The notes beneath the pieces were generated by a model. That model had not been told where the DNA came from. It searched no databases and saw only the letters and a list, made by a program, of their open reading frames with translations. Of a stretch of 64,000 bases of DNA, positions 57,366 to 64,000 are shown one piece after another. Origin of the DNA: a virus (Duplodnaviria > Caudoviricetes); IMG/VR virus record IMGVR_UViG_3300027858_000004, positions 64,001 to 128,000 of that record. One strand, given 5' to 3'. The position numbers and the translations under genes were made by a program. The stretch's first letter is position 1. Every line of letters begins with the position of its first letter.

Positions 57366-57845
57366 TTAACTAATGTTAACTGTAGTGCTCAATCCACCAC
57401 TTACGGTGGAAGATGTTCCTGCATGTGTTGTAACACTACCACCAGAAAGAACAGCTAGTTTACCATTCACAAATACATTTTTTGTATTTCCAACTATTAC
57501 ACTTCCACTTGCGCTACTGTGAGCGCCACTAACATATTTACCACCGCTAGGAAGAGAATAGGTGTCAGTTTCAGTTGTTTTATCACCAACAACGATGGGT
57601 GATTTTCCTTGAATCTTTACATTGGTGACAGTTGCTGCTATTGTTCCGTTGATGGTGGCGCTAGTTGTGTAGGGTACGTCCTGTCTAATAGGATTTCCAC
57701 CTCCCCAACTATTGCAATATCCATCATCATCCCACCCATTGCAATATTCTGGAGTGTATCCAACTATCTCATTTACTGTGTAATTAATGTGATTGGACGC
57801 AGAAGTTTGTGAAATTGTTGCCCCTGATAATGCTATTTTTGCCAT
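57366..57845 (-). CDS. PAAR-like spike-tip protein
   Basis: KIAL.G, V.I.GK....GD, VFVNGK.A..G. Confidence 0.55.
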   Translation of the reverse strand: MAKIALSGATISQTSASNHINYTVNEIVGYTPEYCNGWDDDGYCNSWGGGNPIRQDVPYTTSATINGTIAATVTNVKIQGKSPIVVGDKTTETDTYSLPSGGKYVSGAHSSASGSVIVGNTKNVFVNGKLAVLSGGSVTTHAGTSSTVSGGLSTTVNIS

Positions 57846-57855
57846 TTTCTCACCT

Positions 57856-60800
57856 CTAATTTAAGTTGATTGCAGTACCCTTAATTGTTACTCCTGATGA
57901 GCTTAGTTCAATGTAGTTGTTGGCATCAACTTCTATTCTAACTACTTTACCCTTAGTGCGAATATCATGTGGTGTTTCTAGTAAAATTGAATCTTTAATA
58001 GAATCGTTCATGGCAATTTTTCTAGTGTTACCATCAATTCCTTTATACTCAAAAGAAAAAGTATCTCCTGTTTTATATAAGAATCCTTTATCATTTCCAT
58101 TTGCATCTCCAGCGCCCCATGTTGAATGAGGGTAAGAAGATTCTCCTGTTCCTTTTAAAGTTAATTCAAACTTGGTTCTTGCTGTATTGTCTGCGAATCC
58201 AGTATTTAACTGAATAAAATTATCTTTAATGAAAACATGGTCTTGGGGAACATTTGAGTTTAGGGTTCTTAATTTATTTACGGTTAAGTCAGAGATATAG
58301 CTACCAGTAACTTCATCAAGTATTGCTTCATCAAAGTCTTCATTTAGAACTATTAGTCTTCTAGCATAAAGCATTCCATCTGTTCCTAGCCACATTCTGT
58401 TTTCACCATTCACATCGATTGCAATACCTTCATTAGCGTTCAATCTAATCTGTTCGCCTTTATTACCGTTAATTGTAATACCTGTATTTTGGTCGAGTAT
58501 TATTTTTTCTCCTAATTCTCCATTTACAATTTTCAAGTTGTGTGTGACTAAATCTTGCGCATATAAGCTGCCATCTGTGTCTACTTTAAATTTATTAACA
58601 CAATCCACATCTATTGCAAAACCTCTATTTTTTGTCATGTAAATTAAAGAGTTATTAGTTCCTTTTAATATTGTTCCAAAATCAGTAGAAGGGGAGCACA
58701 TTGGGACTGAACCATATGGAATGTAACCTAACCACATTACAGGATTTGCACCATCAGATACAGTTCCCTTATTTCCTTCAAATTTGAAATATCCATCATC
58801 GTCAATTGCAGTTAAGTTCTTGGCTGTGAAATCTTCTACCCAGAATTCTCCATCTAAATTGGCATACATTTTCTTAACCCATTCAGAGCCAACTTTTTTC
58901 TCAATCATAAATCCATCGCAAGAAGTTGCGTGTACTCTATGTCTCCCATTATCAAGAAGCATTCCAAAGCATTCGCCTTTAGGGTCATCTGTAACTAGCC
59001 CCAATCTCATTTGCTCTTTTCCAGCTCTATCATAGATAGTTGTGCGAGAGCCACGAGTAATCCAAACTCCACTTGCATCCTCAATAGCAAGATTAACTCC
59101 AGAAATTATTTTTCCGTAAATTCTTTCCCCAACTATTCCTTCAGAAGTGATTGCATGTTTCCAAGAATTTCCTGAATCATTAGTTATTGCTAACATACCA
59201 TTTTGAATTACTAACCAAGTGTTCGGGTCTTCTAATGAACGCACAATAATTCCACGCTCGCTCATTTCAATTTGTTGCTCATAACCAGCAATCACTGAGT
59301 TTTTAATGGCATCCCACTTATTGTTGATTATATCGTTTATCATGCCATTGTTCTCTTCAGCTAAGTTCCATTTGTATTTATCCATATTAACAACTGTGGA
59401 TGTGTTCCCAGCATTATATAATAAATCCATCAGTTTTTTAGCATTATCTTTAATTTCTTTTTCATTGGCAATAGTTAAAGATATCTCTTTTGACTCAAAG
59501 CTGTAATTGATTTCAATTATCTTTGCCTGTATGTCAATATCCATTCTATTGTGTTTACCAACTACTGTGTCTCCTAGTACCAATTTACCCCAATCATTTT
59601 GTGCTTCAACAATTGATAAAAAATTAATAATATTCAACGTCATAGAAATTTTAGGCTCTCTAAATTCTTTGAATACTTCGTATCCTTCGTCCAATAAGTC
59701 CTGCTCATCTACAATTGCATCATTAGTGTATTCTTTCTCTATGATGAAATCATTTAATTCTAACAGTTGACTAGGCGATAGATTGTTTTCTGTTGCTACT
59801 AAGCTGTTTAGGATTGAAATTTGATTAATGATATTTCTTTCTTGAGCATCCAAACTAGAAATGAATATCATTTTAGCGTCTATTTCTTTATTTTTTTCAT
59901 TCATTCTTAATATGACTGCTTGATGTGCAGGAGTTCCATCTAGGAACTGAGAGTTTAAGATATCTCTCTCATCAAGAATTTTTACTAGCTCTGTTTGCAA
60001 GACACTCAACTTTTGCTCTTCCTGTTGAATTTCATCTTGTTTTAGGGTTAGATTTTTAGTTAGGGTGTCAAACTCACCTTGTTTAGAACTTAGAAGAGCT
60101 TTATAATTTTCTAAGGCAATACACAATTCATTGCTCATATAATCAGACTCGCTGGTTACTGTTCCATTTTTATCACGCTTAAAAGGGAACATATAATACG
60201 AAAAATCCTCAATATAATTAGAGCCAGTTGCAGAAAGATTCCTAATTGTCAATCCATCTTTACCATAAAGCTTTAAGCGTGTAATGGTTTCATTGGAATC
60301 CGAGCTAACAGTCATGCTATCAAGATATTTTCCTTTTTTAAATCTTAAGCCTTTGTTTGTTCCAACATTTTCTGGGCGATAGAAGTTAATTTTTAAATTG
60401 ACCGTATCCCATTTAATAACAGCATTGAACTTTTCAGCTAATTCATAGGTTGCTTGCAATGCAGTCTGCGAAGCTATTTCATGACTTCGATATTTTAAAT
60501 CGAAAGCAGAGTCAACATATCCAACTTTCCACTTTGAAAATTTCAAAATATCATTCATCATATATGAAAGATTCTTACTTTCTACAGACCATGCTCGAAT
60601 ATTTTTATCTGCAAGCTGTGTTCCTAATGAGAGGGCTTTATACTCAACATATTCATCATTTGAAACACCCTTACTTCTCTCATTAAACTGAAAATACTCA
60701 ATAGTACTTCCATATATTAATTTAAACAAATATCTATGTTTAATGTCCTTGATATTGGGATTGGTAATTGGAACCCTATCTTTTTCTATCATTGTTGGAA

Positions 60801-60963
60801 TCTTGAAGCTTATTTCATTTAGTGAACCCAACTTAGTAGAATAGTTTACTTCATGTGCTTCTGTGAGCTTAGCAATTGTTTTCTTATCTGGCTTGCATAA
60901 GAACAAACTGGCTTCAATTGGTTTTAGGTTTGGATTTATTTCTCCTAATTTCAATATTTTCAT
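57856..60963 (-). CDS. phage tail spike/tail endopeptidase-family protein (YomG-like)
   Basis: TRLKLYGKDG, coiled coil, LGDTV, AIT.EGIVGERI.G. Confidence 0.8.
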   Translation of the reverse strand: MKILKLGEINPNLKPIEASLFLCKPDKKTIAKLTEAHEVNYSTKLGSLNEISFKIPTMIEKDRVPITNPNIKDIKHRYLFKLIYGSTIEYFQFNERSKGVSNDEYVEYKALSLGTQLADKNIRAWSVESKNLSYMMNDILKFSKWKVGYVDSAFDLKYRSHEIASQTALQATYELAEKFNAVIKWDTVNLKINFYRPENVGTNKGLRFKKGKYLDSMTVSSDSNETITRLKLYGKDGLTIRNLSATGSNYIEDFSYYMFPFKRDKNGTVTSESDYMSNELCIALENYKALLSSKQGEFDTLTKNLTLKQDEIQQEEQKLSVLQTELVKILDERDILNSQFLDGTPAHQAVILRMNEKNKEIDAKMIFISSLDAQERNIINQISILNSLVATENNLSPSQLLELNDFIIEKEYTNDAIVDEQDLLDEGYEVFKEFREPKISMTLNIINFLSIVEAQNDWGKLVLGDTVVGKHNRMDIDIQAKIIEINYSFESKEISLTIANEKEIKDNAKKLMDLLYNAGNTSTVVNMDKYKWNLAEENNGMINDIINNKWDAIKNSVIAGYEQQIEMSERGIIVRSLEDPNTWLVIQNGMLAITNDSGNSWKHAITSEGIVGERIYGKIISGVNLAIEDASGVWITRGSRTTIYDRAGKEQMRLGLVTDDPKGECFGMLLDNGRHRVHATSCDGFMIEKKVGSEWVKKMYANLDGEFWVEDFTAKNLTAIDDDGYFKFEGNKGTVSDGANPVMWLGYIPYGSVPMCSPSTDFGTILKGTNNSLIYMTKNRGFAIDVDCVNKFKVDTDGSLYAQDLVTHNLKIVNGELGEKIILDQNTGITINGNKGEQIRLNANEGIAIDVNGENRMWLGTDGMLYARRLIVLNEDFDEAILDEVTGSYISDLTVNKLRTLNSNVPQDHVFIKDNFIQLNTGFADNTARTKFELTLKGTGESSYPHSTWGAGDANGNDKGFLYKTGDTFSFEYKGIDGNTRKIAMNDSIKDSILLETPHDIRTKGKVVRIEVDANNYIELSSSGVTIKGTAINLN

Positions 60964-60968
60964 CCTTT

Positions 60969-61610
60969 CTATTCTTGTAGTAGCTTACCTTGATAGCGGA
61001 TATCCATATCAAAATCTCCAGTTGTTTTTATATATGTTTCTCCAACATCTAGTTCCAACCATTCATTATTGTGATTGTCATATCTATAGACTCCTAAACT
61101 CTGCAAAGAAGAAACTATGTCCTCGCTCTCACAATCGATAAACACTTCCTCCTTATTTTGCAATGCAGTTAAAGACATTTTTTGTCCTGTCATGTAATTA
61201 GTTATAGAAATATCCCCATCACCATCTACTTTCCTAATCCACAACTTGGGTTTTAAAGGAAGGTCAGCGATATTTTCAAAAAACACATATGGAGCAAAAG
61301 ATATTTTAATTAATTGTAAGAATGGCTTATTAGTGGGGGAGATGGATGCAAAAATTACTTTGTATCTAAAGTAAAGCTGAGTTAGATTGTGTGAGCTTAA
61401 AAAATCTGTAGATTGCTTAAAGAATGGAGACCATTCAGTCCAATTGATATTATCATTGGACACTGAGTAGTAGAAATCCATTCGTTGATTATTAATATTA
61501 ATATCAGTTATATTTATAGAAACTATATATCTATCAAGATTATTTGAAATGTTGAATACTTGAGAAATATAGGTTCCATATGGCTTTGTGACTTCTGACC
61601 AAATTGGCAT
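60969..61610 (-). CDS. distal-tail-like protein (C-terminal Dit half)
   Basis: P.L.I...G.GDI.I.N...IDCE.E.I...RYD..N..WL.L..G. Confidence 0.6.
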   Translation of the reverse strand: MPIWSEVTKPYGTYISQVFNISNNLDRYIVSINITDININNQRMDFYYSVSNDNINWTEWSPFFKQSTDFLSSHNLTQLYFRYKVIFASISPTNKPFLQLIKISFAPYVFFENIADLPLKPKLWIRKVDGDGDISITNYMTGQKMSLTALQNKEEVFIDCESEDIVSSLQSLGVYRYDNHNNEWLELDVGETYIKTTGDFDMDIRYQGKLLQE

Positions 61611-61622
61611 TTACATCACATC

Positions 61623-62279
61623 CTATTCAATTTTCCCAAAAGGTCTAAAGTTACTAGCTGATGCAACTTGCTTCCATTTGATTGCTTTTTCTTTTCTCCA
61701 CACAACAGAGCCGTCAATATGTGTAATACCTTCGTTAACAGTATCCCATTTTGGTTCAACGATATCTGATAGACCTGAAGTTTCACAAATGTAATAGTAA
61801 ACTTTTGTTCCATCTGTAGAGAAAACAACATCATCAACTTCATAGTTGTAATTAGCCATCCATTGATTTCCTATTGCATCATAAAACTCTATATTCTTAT
61901 TTGTGAGAAAAGTTGGTGTTTTATTCATGGAGCGTCCACCAACTACACATTGGTAAGCATTTCCATTATCTGTGGTTGGTCGAACATAATCTCCAACCGT
62001 ATATTTCTTTAGTGGTTCCCATTTAGGAGCATAAACTCCCTCACGAACATTCACAAAGCCAATATGCTCACCAATGGTAGGGGAGTTGTCCCACAGCCTA
62101 GCTCCATATGAATAAAGCTGACCAATTTTTAGTTCTTCTGGATTTCCAGTGGAATCAGCAATAATCTTGTCAATGATGCCAAAGTTTTTTCCATATTCTA
62201 ACCAAGTTTCCTTAACATCGTCTTCAGACCAAGAACTTGGAGTTGTAATTTTTAATCCTAAATTGGCGGTATTTTCCAT
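61623..62279 (-). CDS. tail protein with carbohydrate-binding repeats
   Basis: two W....Y..GD.V...Y.C...G.S...P repeats. Confidence 0.6.
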   Translation of the reverse strand: MENTANLGLKITTPSSWSEDDVKETWLEYGKNFGIIDKIIADSTGNPEELKIGQLYSYGARLWDNSPTIGEHIGFVNVREGVYAPKWEPLKKYTVGDYVRPTTDNGNAYQCVVGGRSMNKTPTFLTNKNIEFYDAIGNQWMANYNYEVDDVVFSTDGTKVYYYICETSGLSDIVEPKWDTVNEGITHIDGSVVWRKEKAIKWKQVASASNFRPFGKIE

Positions 62280-62878
62280 TAATCTAATTCACCCCATTTT
62301 TTATATAGTTCATAAAATCTTTCCAAGCTCATTACAGGGTTGTCAATCGTTAATCCATTGTCTGCTGTAATAGTATTATCATGAATCCCATTGTCAAATG
62401 ATTTTATATCGTCTGAAACGATTGTACCGACATTTGAACTCCTGTTTTTAATATTGTTTAATGAATGTTCTGATGTGTATCCGTATGGAGAATCGCACCT
62501 TACATTAAATTCTATATATCCTTCTTTTCCACCGTTATGAATCAAAGTGGAATCTCCTTCAAACATTGCGTAAAATATTCTATTGGGATTAGAATCAAAT
62601 GTTAAAGGCTTGTAATAGTCTTGAAAAAGCCATCTTGCTATTTTTCTAAGAGTCATGTTATCTTCCCATTTGTCTATAAAAATACTCATAGAAAAAGAGA
62701 GTGGTTTATGTTCCACTCCCTGTAGATAAGGCTTCTCTCTATTAGCAATCGTTTTTTCATTTATGGTTCTATCTGGGAGGAAGGACTCTTCAAAAAGACC
62801 TTTTTTAGTGGAGGCTATTGCAACCCCCATGTCCTTAGAGCTTTTCCCATCATACATAAAATGAATGGATTGTTTCAT
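62279..62878 (-). CDS. distal tail protein (Dit, YomH-like)
   Basis: F.YDG.SS.DMG, WL....YKPL.FD..P.R, RCDSPY; follows the tape measure gene. Confidence 0.75.
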   Translation of the reverse strand: MKQSIHFMYDGKSSKDMGVAIASTKKGLFEESFLPDRTINEKTIANREKPYLQGVEHKPLSFSMSIFIDKWEDNMTLRKIARWLFQDYYKPLTFDSNPNRIFYAMFEGDSTLIHNGGKEGYIEFNVRCDSPYGYTSEHSLNNIKNRSSNVGTIVSDDIKSFDNGIHDNTITADNGLTIDNPVMSLERFYELYKKWGELD

Positions 62879-64000
62879 TTAGTAACCTCTCTCTCTTTTT
62901 AGTCCAGTCATGATATCGTTGACAAAGTTTTTGGCTTCCTCTTTAGTAGCATTCATATTCTCTACTATGAAATCAATTTTAATAGGACTGTTATTATTGT
63001 TGCTTGTATTGCCTATAAGAGATGGTTGCACTATATTTGGCATTAACAGAGGGCTAATCATGTTATTCAGTGTCTCTAGAATAGGAGCGTATTTAAAGAA
63101 GTCTTTCGTTTCTTTTTTATTTAATACCACTTCTTCTTCATGAAGCATTGTTAATCCATCTGATTTTGTATACCCTCCAGTTTTTAAGCCAACTGCACTA
63201 TATTCTAATCTCTTACCATATTCAGTGATATAGTCTTGAAGATAGTCGGTGGAAACAGTTTTAAAACCTTGGTTCTGCAAGTACTGTCCAAACTTAACTT
63301 TATCTTCATTAGACATTTTTGATAAAATCTCATCCAACCCTTGGTTGCTTTTTATTGTAGATTTTTCTGCACGACCTTCAGCAGCCAATGCGTAAGCTTT
63401 GTCTCTTATATATGTCTGTCTTACTGCTGATTTTTCCTTTGTAATAAGAGTTTCCGCAAGATATTTGCCAGTCAGAACTTTTAAATCCGCATTAGAAAGA
63501 CCAATATTTCCTTTTTCTCCATCAAAATGAGCACCTTCGCCTATTCCTTTAGAGCTGTCGCTATCGGTTTTAATAACTTTATCTAACATATCTAGTGCTT
63601 TTTGAAGGTTGTCTATCACATTTTCACGAATAGATTTTCCGACACCCTTAAGTGTTCCATCAAATTTGCTTAAGAAGTTCGGCATGGTATCTTCCATTTC
63701 TTTAATGTAAGTTTGAAACTCACCACTAAGGTTTTTAAAGTTTCCAGCTACAATATCTTCCTTCATTTTTGCGAAGTATCTCTCATCATTTAATTGGTCT
63801 TCATAGAATTTATCCCAATATTTTTTTAAGTCTTCTAATCTTTCAATTTCATTTTCATATTTTATATCTTCTAGCTCTTCTAGCTCTTCATATTTTTCTT
63901 TTTCCTTTTCAAGAAGGTCGTTTAAGTTTTCTTTTCTAAGGTCAATTTCTCTGTCATGTCTTTTATCAGCGATACTTTCGTCAATTGCGTCCAATTCCTC
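62879..64000 (-). CDS. tape measure protein, C-terminal part (runs off the window)
   Basis: coiled coil, TGGYT...LH.EE.VLN, position upstream of Dit. Confidence 0.75.
   Translation of the reverse strand, partial: EELDAIDESIADKRHDREIDLRKENLNDLLEKEKEKYEELEELEDIKYENEIERLEDLKKYWDKFYEDQLNDERYFAKMKEDIVAGNFKNLSGEFQTYIKEMEDTMPNFLSKFDGTLKGVGKSIRENVIDNLQKALDMLDKVIKTDSDSSKGIGEGAHFDGEKGNIGLSNADLKVLTGKYLAETLITKEKSAVRQTYIRDKAYALAAEGRAEKSTIKSNQGLDEILSKMSNEDKVKFGQYLQNQGFKTVSTDYLQDYITEYGKRLEYSAVGLKTGGYTKSDGLTMLHEEEVVLNKKETKDFFKYAPILETLNNMISPLLMPNIVQPSLIGNTSNNNNSPIKIDFIVENMNATKEEAKNFVNDIMTGLKRERGY

Larger units (their letters stand above)
1..64000. mobile_element. SPbeta-like large temperate phage/prophage segment (Bacillales host)
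   Basis: Gene order recJ-dnaE-3D protein ... nrd-trx-thyA ... serine recombinase, converging on endolysin-holin-tail-Dit-tape measure, mirrors SPbeta; Firmicutes-type RBS and sigA promoters. Confidence 0.9.

Noticed and set aside
3041-63143. Numerous antisense ORFs in the ORF track (for example 3041-3427, 18715-19221, 27019-27504, 52301-52897)
   Set aside because: They shadow well-supported genes on the opposite strand and have no recognisable motifs.
1-64000. tRNA/rRNA genes and arbitrium (aimR/aimP) locus
   Set aside because: No cloverleaf or rRNA-like sequence and no TPR-receptor/peptide pair recognised in this window.

Overview
AT-rich 64-kb segment of a large SPbeta-like temperate phage of a Bacillales host. 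The + arm (1-40812) carries replication and nucleotide genes: RecJ-like nuclease, DnaE, 3D protein, ATP-dependent ligase, NrdAB/flavodoxin/thioredoxin, ThyA, DHFR, sigma factor and RNA ligase. Both nrdA and thyA are split by group I introns that encode GIY-YIG endonucleases. These genes are interspersed with dozens of small accessory ORFs, and the arm ends in a large serine recombinase, an att-like palindrome and an asparaginase. The - arm (40954-64000) carries lysis and tail genes. The most striking unexplained structure is an 18-bp inverted-arm site, ATAAAA-N6-TTTTAT, with a variable 6-bp spacer. It sits at about 20 gene boundaries and separates one gene per interval across a five-gene array of SPRY/discoidin/LamG/lectin-like genes in the tail region, suggesting an integron-like gene-cassette system. 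Three of these sites are followed directly by a hairpin with unrelated stems but a conserved apical motif (YCCTRTWMAATGGG). A second, directional 15-bp operator-like motif, a dif-like site and a late-gene motif were also seen. Protein calls come from motif recognition by eye; no searches were run.
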